A DNA stretch of 63,994 bases, counting the filler, from Thelocarpon superellum (Eukaryota): the NCBI GenBank assembly GCA_026025795.1. It is 4 parts of 4 records of this genome, joined end to end, with 100 filler letters (N's around TTAATTAATTAA, not from the genome) between each part and the next. Parts side by side here need not be neighbours in the genome. Positions count along the whole stretch, not along the records: positions 33,922 to 50,670 come from JAPEUG010000384.1; 3 more parts are not named here. One strand, given 5' to 3'. The notes under the pieces were generated by a model. That model ran no database searches. It saw only the letters and a list, made by a program, of their open reading frames with translations, and was not told the origin of the DNA. Below are positions 36,901 through 50,147 of the stretch, in pieces. Numbering within the stretch: position 1 is the stretch's first letter; the number at the start of each line of letters is the position of its first letter. Made by a program: the position numbers and the translations under genes.

Positions 36901-39715
36901 GGATGAGCTGTAGCTCGAGCTCGGTGCTAAACTTCCCGCCGCGCCGTCCCTCCATCGCACTCACCAAAGCGGCGGGCGGCGACCACTCGGGCGGGGCGGC
37001 CTGCTGCTCCGACTCGGCCTGGGCCTGGGCCTGTGCCTGGGCTGCCTTGTCGAGCTCCTCGACATGGAGCCGCCAGGGTTTGTAAAGCTGTTTGTACTGG
37101 GCCCGTAATTTCTCATGCTCTTTCGCGAGCACGAGCCGTTCCTGCGCGACGACCTGGGCTAGCGCGCGCTTGATCATATGATGTCGCTCTTGATTTGCCC
37201 GGACGACGTCCAGCTCCATCAGAGGTGGCGGGGTCGGCGGACCGGTCGTCAGGAATGGTAGGCTTTCAAGCGCTGGGGTCTTGTCTCGCTCCAGCGCGCG
37301 GTTGGCTTGGGCATAATCGTCCTCCGTCACCGTTACTTCGGCGATCTCTTCGTCCTTGGGGGTCGGGAGCGCCGACGGATCCAGGGAGGCGCTTCCGCCG
37401 CGGGAGTCCGTGCCCACTTCACCGAGCGGCAAGTCGAGGTCTGCTGCCGCTTCATCGAGGCCGGTGATGGCCCGGTACAACAACGTCGCTTCCTCCATTT
37501 CCAACGTAGCCTTCTTCGCACGCACACCATCAAGGGAGGTGGTGATCTGGGCCTCGTTTTCGTCAAACTGCCGTTCCATGTCCGTCTCCATGTCCACGTC
37601 CATGTCGTCATCCTCGTCCGACCAGTCCATCACCAAGCCGGGCGCGGCCTTGCCCAGCGACGCTACGGGGTTCACCGGCCGCCCCGCCATCGGTCCGCGC
37701 GACGAGAGGCCCTCGCCATCGTTAACTTCTGCCTCCACTTTGATCCGGCCGTCGGTCATCTCCTCGCGCATCCCCTCGTCTTTCGGCTTGTGCGGCCCGT
37801 CATTGTGTGAACCGGGCGTTCGTGGTGCCCACGTTCCCCCGCGGCCTAGACCATCTCTCATCCCACCACGGCCGGAGGGAAGCGGTCGATCGCGCTCCGG
37901 GCCAGGATTGTCATTCCGTCGCAAGGTGAGCGAGCCGCGACTGTTGGGGTATGAGAGTCCGCCACGGATCCACTGATGGCTCCGGCCACGTCCCGCTCGA
38001 TCAGCCCGGGGTCCGGTGGGAACATGGACGCCGAGGGTGGGAGAGGTCGAGGTCGAGGCCGTAAACGGGGTGGGTCGGGAAGCATCTGCCGGCTTGGCTG
38101 CGCCCGAAAGGCTGGGCGATCGTGCTGGCCCGTTGGCGGCCACGGATGGCGCATCATCAACACGAGCAATGGAGGACTGTGTGCCGAGAGTCAGGCCAAG
38201 CCCATCTACTCCATCTGGACGATAAGGCGTCATTGGTCCTTGCTTCTCGGACAAGGGTTTGGTGGGCGAGGCAGCGGGAGCGATGGTGCTGGGCGTTCGT
38301 GGCGTGTAGGCTCGATCTTTGTCGAATGGCTCATCCGGTCGGATAGCTCCAGCCCGCTCCAGCAATCGCTCAGCTTTGGGGGCCGTGGGCGGCTGAGCCC
38401 CGGCCATGCTTCGAGGCCCGGTGGGCGCTAGTGGCGTGGCACCGTGCGGCGACATGGGGGCGCGCCAGACGTTGGACGATGGGCCGCTCACCGAAGAGGC
38501 ACGGTGGGCAAAAGAGCCAAAGGCCGGAACCTGCGGAGCCTGCGGGGGAGGTGACGAGGTGCGCGAGCCAAGCCGATCGCGGGAAGCTTCGGCTCGTGCC
38601 GTCAGATAGTCATGCTTGTCCCCGTCACGGCGTGGCTCGCGAGGACCAGCCGATGCAGCACTGGCCGAGACCCGCCGAGCGCTCGAGGGATCGCGTGCGG
38701 CGTCGGGAGGAAATCGGCCGTCAACGCTAGGCGGGTGCGGAGAGGTGGTGGTTGAGGAGCGAGGGGTGGGAGGATTGGTGGATGGGCCGCTACCGAGGCG
38801 TGGATCGACGGACATGGATAATCTCTCCCGCTTGTACTTCTCAGCCTCACGCTCGCGCTCCTCGCGATCGATCCGTCGAAAGTCGTCGCGACCGTCGTCG
38901 CGCCGGTCAAAGTCGCGCTCGCGTTCGGGACGACGGTCGGTCGAGCGAGCGCGTGGGTAGAGTCGGTCCCTTTCGTCCGGGTAGCCGGCGCGTCCTCGCG
39001 CAAGGTAGTCGGCGTCGCCACGGCCCCGACCACGCATGAAGCCTCCACGGCCAAACGGATTCTGGCCAGTGATGGGCGAGTCGAGGACGGGCGAGGTGGC
39101 GGCGAAGGGAGCTTCCCTCGAGCCTTTGCGCCCACGCAGGTCGGCGTCCCGCCCGTAATCGCGTTCATCTCGTGGGTCCCGTAGCTCTCGTGAATCTCGG
39201 AGGTCTCGGGGGTCTCGCGACGACGGCGGCGGCGAGCGTAGGTGGGTGGGGGAGAAACGGCGGTCCCGATCCAGGTCGCGGTCACGCCAGGGACGTTCAC
39301 GATCTCGATCTCGATCTCGATCTCGCTCAGCGCGGAAGAGTGGAGGCTCGCGGATGTCCCGGACGTCGCGCGGATCGCGTGCATCTCGAAAGTCACGCTC
39401 TCGCTCCCACGCTCGGACACGCGGACCGGCGGGGACATGAGGTGCGGCTCCGAGGGCAGGACCACGGGTAGGATCCACCAAGGCTTTGGGTCCGCGAGGT
39501 GCCTCGCGTGGTGGAGGGTCTCGGGCGACTGGTGAGGTGGTGGGCGGGGCAGCGGACGCGTCGAGCGGGGGGCGCGCCAGGGCTTCTATCGAGCGCGCGC
39601 CCACAGCAGCGGCCGGAGGGATTGGAGAGCGACGATCGAGATAGGGCCGAGGCGGAGAGCGAGTGCGAGGGGCATATCGGCCGTCCGCGTGGGGGTGTGG
39701 GTGCCGGCCAGTCAT
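33922..39715 (-). CDS. SNT1: Snt1/N-CoR-like Set3C scaffold with two SANT/Myb domains (3'-truncated at contig end)
   Basis: SANT1 FTAEEQKLFTENFLLYPKKWGKIAEALPDRDYKDCIEHYYQTK. SANT2 SSYWSVPECTEFPKLLDHFGTDWQAIASHMTSKTSVM|VKNFF across intron 35715-35788. RD-rich N-terminus and long disordered C-terminus. Confidence 0.85.
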
Positions 39716-41435
39716 GGCACCGGCAACGGAAGCCAGAAAGGAGAAGGTCCAGGGTGGCTCAATTGATCGATGAGAGAGCTGGCCCACGCACGTCAGGCAT
39801 GTCGACCCTGATAAGACTTACAGCGGGGATGTGGCGCAGGGTGAGCCGAGGGATGCCTGGTGAGGTCGTTGATACCGGTTTGCTCGACTAGTGTTCCCTT
39901 CAGGCAAGGGAGATGGATGGAGTCGACGGGCTAACTTTGGCAAGGGTCGGTCGACAAGGGTGTGTGCTTACACGCGGTTGTGCTGATGCGGATTGCAGTC
40001 GTAGTCAGCCGATGCTGCGACGGCTCGATGGTGCTTGTTACGACGAGCGAAGTGCCAACGGGGGCAGAAGAAGGAGGTGATGGCGTTGATGAAGAGAGCG
40101 GTGTTGATGACCTGCGGACAACGCAGCGACCACTTAGGTCCTTCGAACCAGGCGATCGACCCCGGTAAGCCGGGCTACGACCAGTAGTGCAGTAGTGCGG
40201 CGGTATGGTGCGCACTGGACTGCTGAAACCGACCAACCGCGCGGTGCGGGATAGTGCCAGTCTGCCGGGAGTGGTACGAGTGACCGAGGACGGAGGCTGC
40301 AAAGTTTATCAGCCTCTGTTCGGCCGCGTGAGCTGCGCAGGCCATGCGCGCAACCAGATGGACAGGGGTGTTCGAGGGTGGCCTGGCCATTGGACCGTGG
40401 CGCTCGCCGCTCGCTCTCCAACTATCCAGCCCTGCCAGGTGCACGACAAGCACCCGAAGAGTCGAGGTACCAAACATCTTTCATATTCCTTCCCATCCTA
40501 TGGAAGCAGGCGCCGTATAGGGAGGATAGGCGGGTACCCATGCTCCGTGGGCCACCAGTCAGTGCGCGTGCTTGTCCAAGACGAGTAACGAGGGAGATCA
40601 TCCCTGCCGAGACAGCGCCCATACTGACTCACCCAAACGCAGGGATGGGTGGGGTGCAAACGAGCCACCCTGCGTGGGTGCGTGGAGCGTGGTCGTTCCC
40701 GTTAGACCAGCAGGAGTTGGGCGCACGAACGACGTGCAGCGGCTGGATGCCGCTTACCGCCGCCTGCTCGCCACCGGGGCCGGCCCGATGATTGGCTGCC
40801 GATTCGACATCCGACATTCGAGATTCGAGACGGGCTGTTGGCCCAAGCACAGCGCCGATTCGCATCGGCCTGATGTAGGCTGGAACTTCACAACTTTGTG
40901 GATGTGGATTCAAACTGGATGACCTCGCTGCATGTGGCGATGATGCAGTGGTGATTAGAAGGAAGTTGGGGAAGTTCTTCCGTACAACGCGTTGCCTCCA
41001 CCTAGTCGTAACATCTAACGTGGTGACTAGCGTCGTTGGCAGCCAAGGGCACGAGCCCACCAGCTGTGCAAGTTATACGATAGTTAATGTTACTGCTGCC
41101 ACGGATTTCTAGTTAAGCGTTACGGCTGCCATAGCAGCTTGGGCACCGGTGTCACTTCGGTCACTTCGGTCACTTGGGTCGCTTTTTGATGCAAGCGAGC
41201 CGGCTCGGACTGATCGTGAAGACGACGGTGCGCGTCGTAAGCGAGACCCGCAGTCAACTGCAAAAGCGACCTTTTCGCGATACGTCTCTGCTTGGAGAGC
41301 TCCAGAACAACAGAGCCTCCACGGTTTTCTTGTATTTCCACAGCTACAGTCCTAGCACTGCTGCCCCTACCAAGCAGTGGATCTTTGCAAGATAACCCGC
41401 TTCGAGCTAGACTTGAAGCTTTGGTGCCCGACTAG

Positions 41436-42660
41436 ATGACGAATGCACGGCCAATTGCAGCTGCCGGCCCTCCCCCGGTTGACAATGCCCCTTCGACCGC
41501 CACCGATGCCGTCCTCAAGCCCTCGGACCCTGTGCCGGAAGGTGCTCGTAGGGTGCAAGGCGTTGAATTTGACCAGCATGCACGTCAGCCCATGACCGTG
41601 GAGGAGCTCGTCGCGGGCATGTCCGCCATGGGCTTCCAGGCCAGCGCTGTCGGAGATGCTGTGCGAGTGATCAACGACATGGTAGCTACGTCCTTTGACC
41701 CAACACGCACGGTGTCTTCGTCTCACATTAGCCCAGCGTACATGGCATGACCCCGACACCTCCGCCCGCACCACCATCTTCCTCGGCTACACCTCGAACC
41801 TGGTGTCGTCCGGCCTCCGCGAGAGTCTCCGCTACCTCGTCCAGCATCGCCACGTGTCGGCAGTCGTGACCACGGCTGGCGGCATCGAAGAGGACCTGAT
41901 CAAATGCCTAGCGCATACCTACCTCTCCTCCTTCAACGCGGCCGGGGCCACCCTGCGCGAACAGGGCATGAACCGCATTGGCAACCTGGTCGTGCCCAAC
42001 AACAACTACTGTCTGTTTGAGGACTGGGTCGTGCCAATCCTGGACCAGCTGCTCGAGGAGCAAGACCGGGCCGAGGACCCAGAAAATTGGACGCCGTCAA
42101 AGGTCATCCGGCGCTTGGGCCTCGAGATCAACGACTCGTCCTCGATCCTCTACTGGGCCGCGAAGAACGATATCCCCGTCTTCTGTCCGGCGCTCACGGA
42201 CGGCAGCCTGGGCGACATGTTATATTTCCATACGTTCAAGGCGTCGCCAAGGCAGCTACGGATCGACATTGTCCAGGACATCCGGGCTATCAACACACTA
42301 GCCGTGCGTGCCGTCCGTGTCGGCATGATCATCCTTGGCGGAGGCGTCGTCAAGCATCATATCGCCAATGCATGCCTCATGCGCAACGGCGCCGAGAGCG
42401 CCGTCTACATCAACACGGGGCAGGAATTCGACGGCAGTGACGCCGGCGCCCGACCCGACGAGGCCGTCAGCTGGGGCAAGATCAAGGTCGGGGCCGATAG
42501 CGTCAAGGTACGGATCTCCCTGGCTGGGCTAACAAGAGTGTACAGGTCTGTGTGTGAAAAGATACTGATGCGGAAATAGGTCCACGCCGACGCCACCATC
42601 GTCTTCCCCCTGATTGTAGCGGCCACGTTTGCAAGGGTCGGACCGCAGTCTCGGTCTTGA
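41436..42660 (+). CDS. DYS1: Deoxyhypusine synthase (3 exons)
   Basis: [102 protein letters not shown]. Confidence 0.97.
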
Positions 42661-42933
42661 ACGGGCCAAGCACGAAAGACCAAGAAAGGAGAACGGAGGC
42701 GAAGAGTAAGATGGAAAACAGACTTTGTATGCCAGGAACTGAACGACGCGCCGCGGCGCGCCTGCCCAGCCGCCCCACCACTCCACCGGCGCCACCGCTG
42801 CCACCGCCGCGGCCGCGGACGATGCAAAAGCCTGCCAGTGAAAAGGACATCGATGAGCAAGGAAAAGAGCACGACGACCTCCGTCGCCAACATGAACGCC
42901 AGGAACGCCCCGTCTTGCGCGGTCGTCCCCCTT

Positions 42934-45900
42934 CTACATGATCACACAATCCTTCTTACTGTACTCGTCCTCGGGCGACAAGCCTGACGGGCCGGCACTC
43001 TGCCTGCGACGCAAGCTAGGGAGCGGTGATGGCCCAGGCGACGTGACCTCGTCGATGAGTCGGCCGGCCTGGACCCGCATCGAGGTGCGCCGGCCATTGG
43101 CCCCGCCGATGGCTGTGGGCGACACCTGCTGCGCAGCCGGTCGGGCCGGCTGCGTCCAGGGCGACGGAACGTAGGTACGTGCGTTCTGGGCGTAGGCGCT
43201 ACTGTTGGGCACGAGGCGTGGTGGTGGCGGGCCCGCGTGTGCCGGGTGCTCCGGCGGCGGAAAGTATGCTGGGCGACTGGCGGCTTGCTCGTAGGACGGC
43301 GGGGGGACGTCCTCGGGCGCAACGGGCCGATGCACGCCGATGTTGCGCCGTGGCTGGATGGGCGTCGCCTGGGCGGGCGGTACGAGCGGTCGGACGTCCT
43401 GGCTGCGATTGCGCCCGGAGCGTCGACTTCCACGCGCGTTGCTGGGTTGCACCGACGGCGGCGGAGGCTGCCCATGAGGCGAGCCATTGATATACTGGTG
43501 CGAGCGATCCGCCTCCTGTCTTCGCCAGGCCATCTCGCGTCGGTGCCGGATGTCTTCCTCTTCCTGCAGTTGAAGGGCCAAGGCCAGGTCGTGGTCTTCC
43601 TGCTCCGCAACGGGACTGGCCATATTCGCGGCCGGCGGCGGTGGCGGTGGGAGTGCGTGCTGTCGGCTCTGTGAGGAGGCCGGGTCGGGGCGCGCATTGC
43701 TGCTGCTGCTGGCGCCGCCGTTCCCGCTACCGCTACCAGAACCGCGGCCGGTGGATCGGAAATTGGAGCCACGATCTCCTCGCCGCTTCACGTCCACCCA
43801 GCCGTCGTCATTGGGGTCACTGAGATCCTGCGGCGGCGTGTCGGCTGTTCTCCTGCCGCTGTTGTGCTTGCTGCCGTTATTGTTGTTGCCTACCGCGCGG
43901 AAATCGCCGGCGAGAAATTCGCTGCGTTCGCCTGTCACGTCCTGCAGGCTCTCCCACACCACTTCCTCGTGCCCGGCATATCCCATGTCCGTCACCAGCT
44001 GGAACAGCTGATGTGTCTCGGGGTGTTTGTAGAGCGTGCTAAAGTGGTCGTTGCGGAAGAGTATGGCGATCGCGCCTGGATTTAGCTGCTCGATCATGGT
44101 ATCGAGTCCGTACTGCGTCACTTGCGTCGCCGTTTGCTCGAGAAAGAACTTTATCGTCGCCACGTCTTGCAGGAGCTGTTCCTCGTCAGACGTTAAACCC
44201 GCGCTGCGTAACTTTTCGTCCAGCTCTTCTTCCCGGAAGAGAAGATTTTGAGCGTCTTCGTAGGTTTTTGCTGAGCGGTTCAGCGCTTGGAAGGCGGCAT
44301 CGTTGCGGTAGGGGAGCCAGCCGTGAATCAGCGGAACGGAGAAGGTGCTGTAGAGCCGCATCTCTCGCGTCTCCTCGAACGAACCCATTTTCGCGGGACG
44401 CGTTGGCTGGTCCGGATCGTGTTCGGTAGGGAGCTCGGGGTCGTCCATCAGATTCGGTGGTGGAGGCGTGGGCGGGATGAAGCGCGGGTTGACGTTCATG
44501 CCGGTGTGCAACGTGATCAGGAACGTGTAGAGGTCACCAACGTCAGGGAGATCCTGGGCGGCATCGCCGCGTCGACCAGACATGAGTTCGTCAAAAACGG
44601 CGTCCAGCAACAAGCCGAGGCTGACTTGCTCGCGCACCCGGAGCGTTTCCACAAGCGCTGTGGCCTCCTCCCGTGGGGTCGAGAGTGTGAGGGCGTTGAC
44701 AAGAGCCAAAAGCGGGCAGGGACCGTTGGCATTCTGCACGAGAATGGGCGATTGTCGAGGATGGGGCGAGGTGTGGTCGACCCAGGTTACATGCTTGATC
44801 TGGTACGTCTCACTCCGCTGTTTCCTCGTCCTGGTCCGAGGTGTATCGACCTGCGCCGGTGATGTCCTTAGGCCGATTGATACGTTGAGCTCTGGCCGGG
44901 CCGCAATCTCAGTCGTCACTACCCCAGTCTCCTGCCCAATGGGCACGGGCGAGCTCCCAGGGACTTCGGACGTAGAGCCATCAGTGTGCATCGGCATGCT
45001 GAGTCCAGCGGCGACAGGCCCTTGCGCCGCGAGCTGTGCCTGACGGTCCGCCTCCCCTCGATGCCACTCCTCTTCTGCGCGGCGCTCCTGCTCCTCTCTC
45101 GCCGCTCGCTCCGCGGCGGCTGCTAGTTCTTGATCCCGTCGCGTACGCTCACTCTGCTCCCATGCCTTCTGCTCCTCCCACGAGCGGTACTGACTTTCCA
45201 CGCCCTCGCCCACGTCCGGCAGCCCGTGGCTCCGCGACGTAAACGCGTCAAAGGTGGAAATGTCGGCCGCCGGATCCCAGGCCACGGAGCCTGAGGTGCG
45301 AGTGGTGGTATCAGACGTGGTGGACAGGGTCCGCTCGTTGCTGGACGGCTCGGAGGTCACCGGGATTAGAGGTGGCTGGTCCCAGATAGAGGGGATGCCG
45401 GTAAGTGGCGATGGCCTTGTTGTGTTTTCCGAACTGACCGGCTCGGACGGCTGTCGTTGAGGCCGAGGCAGCACCGCCTCTTTCTCGGGATCCTGGGCGC
45501 CTCTTGAGTCTGGTGGTGTCTTGGCAGCAACCGGAGAGGTGGTATGCGGTGCATCCGTCACGGATAGATTGGCCAGAGGAGCGGTAATGGGTAGTGGGGG
45601 CGATGAGGGCATGTCTCCGCCTGAGTGTGAACCGATGTTGTACGCCGACCGGAGGTCCAACCGGGCCTGTGATGGTGAGAGCGAGGGAGGCCTGGGAGAT
45701 GGACTGGGAGATGCTTCTAGTGGTGAGTGCGACCTTGCACTGCCTGTTTGTGATCCATCCTGCGAAGACCTTGGAGAGATTCCTGGCGGGCCCACTTGCA
45801 GCGATGTCGGGAGGGTGTTTGGATATCGGACGGGCTCGGCGTACCCCTGTCGGGAAGCGCGCCCGAAATCTTCCGGCGGACTCGTGCCAGCGTCTCGGGC

Positions 45901-46170
45901 AGAGGACATGCGTCGGCCCGCTGCCGACTGGGCTTCGCCGCGGGCGTCTCCGTTCACTCCGGGTCGCAAGACCTGTGGCGTGGGTGAGTAAGCGGTCTTG
46001 AGACGTTAGTGAATCAGACGCACCTTTGGGGGAGCAGTAGTCCAGTCGGGCGTGCGAGAGACGAGAGGCGACACTGGATATGGGAGAGGTTGACTGGTGG
46101 CGAGGCTGGCATAGGCAGCGGAGGGTGATGTTGAGACCGCTCCCGGCGGAAGAGGTTTGCGGACCACCAT
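42934..46170 (-). CDS. MINDY-family (DUF544) Lys48 deubiquitinase with C-terminal CAAX (2 exons)
   Basis: Catalytic QNANGPCPLLALVNAL and FRNDHFSTLYKH, LVTDMGY, a ubiquitin-binding-like EQEDHDLALALQLQEEE, and a C-terminus KDCVIM*. Exon 1 (46170-46024, MVVRKPLPP) and intron 46023-45973 keep the frame. Confidence 0.9.
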
Positions 46171-47101
46171 GAGGAGGTGCAACTCGGCGGGCCCCGCCTA
46201 GTCGAGGGCGGTCCCTGAGGGCGGGTGCAGCGTGACTAGGCCTGGCCCCGGGACCGTCGCGACAGCGGACCGCGAGCGGGCACGAGGCAGCGACGGCACA
46301 CGGAAGGGCGTGGGAACGGTGGAGGGCGTGGTGGAGGTGACTTGCTGGTCATGGGATGCGGTGTCGAGGGTGGCGAGCATCACGTCTCCGCAGCTTACCC
46401 GGATGTCGTCGCAGCTCGGTGGGTGTTCGGCAACGGAGGGGCGAGCACATGGGCAAGCATGACGGCAGCACTGATCTACACCATGGCACGGGGAGATCAA
46501 GAGGTTTGGTCGAGGATGATTTTCCGGTCAAGGGGGCTGGCTCGGTAGGCTTTGAGCTTGCGCCACAAACGAGGAGTTAGTCAAGCGATTTTGGGATGTC
46601 GCCCCGGCGTGAAATGTCGCACGGTGCCACTGAATCCATCCGACGTCGGGCGCCTTCTCCACCCCAGTCATACTCCAAAGTGGCGGGGCCAGGCGACGTA
46701 CAAGTGGTACGAATACTCGCCCTTCCTGCGCCTTGGGGCCCGGTCCGCGCAGGCGAAGCGCGCGTTACTTTTCCGATCTTGGAGCTAAGCCAGATCGATG
46801 TCATGTGAGAGCCGTGAGGCTCGGTACTTGGCGCGCCCCAACGACGCGCCGCGAACGAAGTACTCGTCCGAAGTATTCCTAGACCGCGTACCAGAGGCAC
46901 GAGGCTCGAGGCTCGAGGTTCCGTTTGCCGTAGCGGGGCTCGAGAAGGGTCAGCTACGGCGTGCGGGTATCTCGGGAGCGCAATAACATCAGCATATCCA
47001 TCTTCGACTCGGTTTTACCTCGCCTACCCACCATCAAATGGATGAGTGAGCTTATACTAGCCCTCAAGCCCACTCATTCGTACATCGAGGAAGGAGACGT
47101 A

Positions 47102-48937
47102 ATGCACACTCACATTCTTCCCCATACTTACGTGGCCTTGCGTCTCCCATCAGAGTCGCTCAAGGTCGTGCAGCTGGTGCCCAACACGTACGTCGCGTAG
47201 TCCGTGTGAGCTGCCACTGTCGCTTTTCCCGTTATGGCGGCCGACCCCCCAAGCTGACGAGCCTGCGACAGTACCACCTCGCTGGGCAAATATGGTTCCT
47301 TCTCCACCAACCGGCTGTTCGGCCGGCCTTACAATCTCACCTTCGAGATTCTCGATCGGCAGCCGGGCGAGACCCAATCAAGTTTGCGCATCGTCCCCGC
47401 TGCGGAGCTTCAGGCCGACTTGCAATCCGACTCACAGTCCAGCACGCTCGAGGCCCCAGACGGCGTCGTCGTTGAGACGGTCGACGGCGTCGAGTACGAA
47501 GTGGTCGGTGCGGATGGGAAGATGGTCATGCGTTCCAATCGCGCCATCCGCGACGACCCCGGCCGACAAAAGCTGACCATGGACGAGATCGAGGAGCTAA
47601 AGACACAAGCCACGAGCGCGGGCAAGGACATTATCGCCCGACTACTGTCTTCCCATTCCGCCATCGATCAGAAGACCACCTTCTCCCTGGCCAAATATAC
47701 CCTCCGCAAGACGCGAAAGTACCTCCGTCGCTTCACCGTCCTCCCGCTCGACGTGCCGACCCTCGCGCACTGGCTGATGACGGAAAAGGAGCCGTCCAAG
47801 ATCCTGGAGCTCCGAGAGGAAATGCTCGCCTTGATCGAGAGCTGGGCCAACATCCATTATACCCAGCCGGACCCAGTTGGCCTGAGTCGGCCGGAGGGGG
47901 GCATGATCGGCGGAGGACGCTGGCTGGTGGTCGACGAGACGGGTGGGCTGCTGGTTGCGGCGCTGGCCGACCGATTGGGCATTCTCTATCTCGATCTTCA
48001 GGAGACAGCGACACAAAAGCTCACGGTGCTTCCCGAAGATGAGGACCCAGTGTCGTCGGCGATCGACGCCTCGGTCACGCACGCGACCGCGGCGGCGGAG
48101 CACGACCATCATCATCCGCCAGGCATGGCGGCCCGGCACAACACGCTGACGGTTCTCCATGCCCACGCACAACCCAACCTCGCCGTGCTCAAGTACTTCC
48201 TCTTCGACAGCAGCAATCCGTCGCCCAAACACCCACTCTACACACATCTCAAGTCGCTCTCATGGCTCCAGCTGCTTTCTCCCAGCGAAGATGCCGGCTA
48301 CACCGAGCCCGAAGTGATGGCGGATGATGTCCTGGCGACGTGGAAGAGCGGCAAGCGTGGCACTTATTATCGCAAACGACGACGCTGGGAGCGCATCCGA
48401 AGTGTCGTGGACGAGACGCGGCAGGGCGGGTTTGACGGGCTGGTCATCGCGAGCATGATGAACCCCAGCACCATCTTACAACATGCTCTCCCCCTGCTCC
48501 GCGGAGGGGCCCCGATCACCATCTACTCACCCTACATCGAACCCCTCGCAGAGTTGGCAGATCTCTATTCTACCGCCCGACGCGCCGCCTTTCTCACCAG
48601 CGCCGTCGACCCAGCGGACCTGCCCACGGAGGACTTCCCACTCAACCCAGCGCTGTTGCTCAGCCCCACTGTGCAAACGGCCAAGCTGCGGCGATGGCAG
48701 TGTCTGCCCGGCCGGACTCATCCACTAATGACCGCCCGTGGCGGAGCCGAGGGATATCTCTTCACTGGGACGAGGGTCATACCGGTCGAGGGCAAGGTCG
48801 AGGCGCGCGGTAAGTTCAAGAAGCGAAAGGTCACAAAGGCGCCCGTCGAGGACGAGCACACGGGCACCACCAGCGACGCGTCATCGCTTCCCATAGCCGT
48901 ACCGGCAGGCGGCGTGTCTATCGAAGGTCATTCATGA
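47102..48937 (+). CDS. TRM6: tRNA (adenine58-N1)-methyltransferase non-catalytic subunit Trm6/Gcd10 (2 exons)
   Basis: VALRLPSESLKVVQLVPNT|TTSLGKYGSF...GRPYNLTFEI, QKLTMDEIEELK, DQKTTFSLAKYTLRK, RRWQCLPGRTHPLM...EGYLF. Intron 47188-47271. Confidence 0.92.
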
Positions 48938-48945
48938 AGTCATAT

Positions 48946-49817
48946 CTACAACGATTTGCCCATGAATCTCCTCTTGGTAAAACTCAGCCACCACTAGGAT
49001 GAAGATCGATGTTAGCGAGGGGCCTCGACCGATGATGGCAGCGTCAGACCCACTTTCGATGGCGTATTGCCGCCGGCGTATATTCTCGCCAACAGCCGAA
49101 TGGCCAGTTCTTGTCGTACCTGCGATAGATACCTAAACCGCGGATGTCAGCGTGGGACCGATTTCGGTCAGAGGATGGTTCATAGGGCGACGTACTGTCG
49201 TAGCGTCTCGGCATCGTTCTTATTGTGAGGTGCCTCGTAAGACTGGTTGAGGGGGAAAGCCGGGTCCCCGGGGATGGCGAACTGGTCCAGAGCCGTAGCC
49301 ATGACGGCCTGTCGCACCGTCCGGGTCAGTATGCTTCCCCCTTCGTCCCTCAACGTGCCACGCCCACCTTTTCCGCATCTCGACTGCCCATGTTCGCCCG
49401 AATCTTCCCCAGACACTCGCTCACAAACAGGATGCCATAGATGAGCAGGCGGTCGGCGGGGCCCTTGATCTCAAAATTCCGGAAGAAGGTGTTGGCACGG
49501 AAGAGGCTCAAGACCTCATCCAATGCATCGTAGCTCTCGCTGTCAGGGTCGATCTCCAAATCCGAGGTGCCGCCGGGAAGGGCAGGGAGCATGTATGCAG
49601 GCCCGCGCGTTCGAGTCCGGAGCGGTAACATGGCGAAGTTGCCTGTGAACGGCTGGATGAGTGGATGGGTCGATGATTGGGGGAGGGGAAGCATGTGGGC
49701 TAGGTACCGATGACGCGCACATCGGCTTCTTGCTCAAAGATGGAGTGGTATGCCTGGGCTCAGGTCAGGATCGTGTGCGACTTGAGCCAGCGCAAGTGGG
49801 CAAGGACCTACAGGCAT
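48946..49817 (-). CDS. ARC18: Arp2/3 complex 21-kDa subunit (multi-exon)
   Basis: MP|AYHSIF...|GNFAMLPLRTRTRGPAY...DEVLSLFRANTFFRNFEIKGPADRLLIYGILF...FAIPGDPAFPLN...|WWLSFTKRRFMGKSL*. Confidence 0.95.
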
Positions 49818-49941
49818 GGTGGGCGGTCGTCGGGAGCGAGGGGTACTGTGACGACGCAGTCGGCGGCTTTCGAGAAGATGATTGTCGGGGGAATCCATCC
49901 GTGGAGGATGGATCACCAGGTAACTCTTAACTAGGTACTTG

Positions 49942-50073
49942 ACGCGTCTGGCCCTTTGTTCACTGGAGATAGTATCCGCACGCCCCTGGCTTAACTGTAA
50001 GACTGTACGCGGAGCACTACCTACAGTTAAGGTTTGCACTTTAAGTCACGGATCGGTACTCCCACCGACGCGT
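49942..50073. promoter_or_regulatory. Two MCB (ACGCGT) boxes and a 10-bp inverted repeat in the ARC18/RFC3 divergent promoter
   Basis: ACGCGT at 49942-49947 and 50068-50073. CTTAACTGTA (49990-49999) and TACAGTTAAG (50022-50031) form the inverted repeat. Confidence 0.5.
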
Positions 50074-50147
50074 CTCCTCGCGACAGCGGAACATCTTGTA
50101 TTCAACCTGTGCCACTCGTGACCGCAGTGTTTCCCTGTACCGCCATC

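Noticed and set aside
39301..39325. (GATCTC)n near-palindromic repeat
   Set aside because: It simply encodes the RDRDRD tract of the SNT1-like protein.
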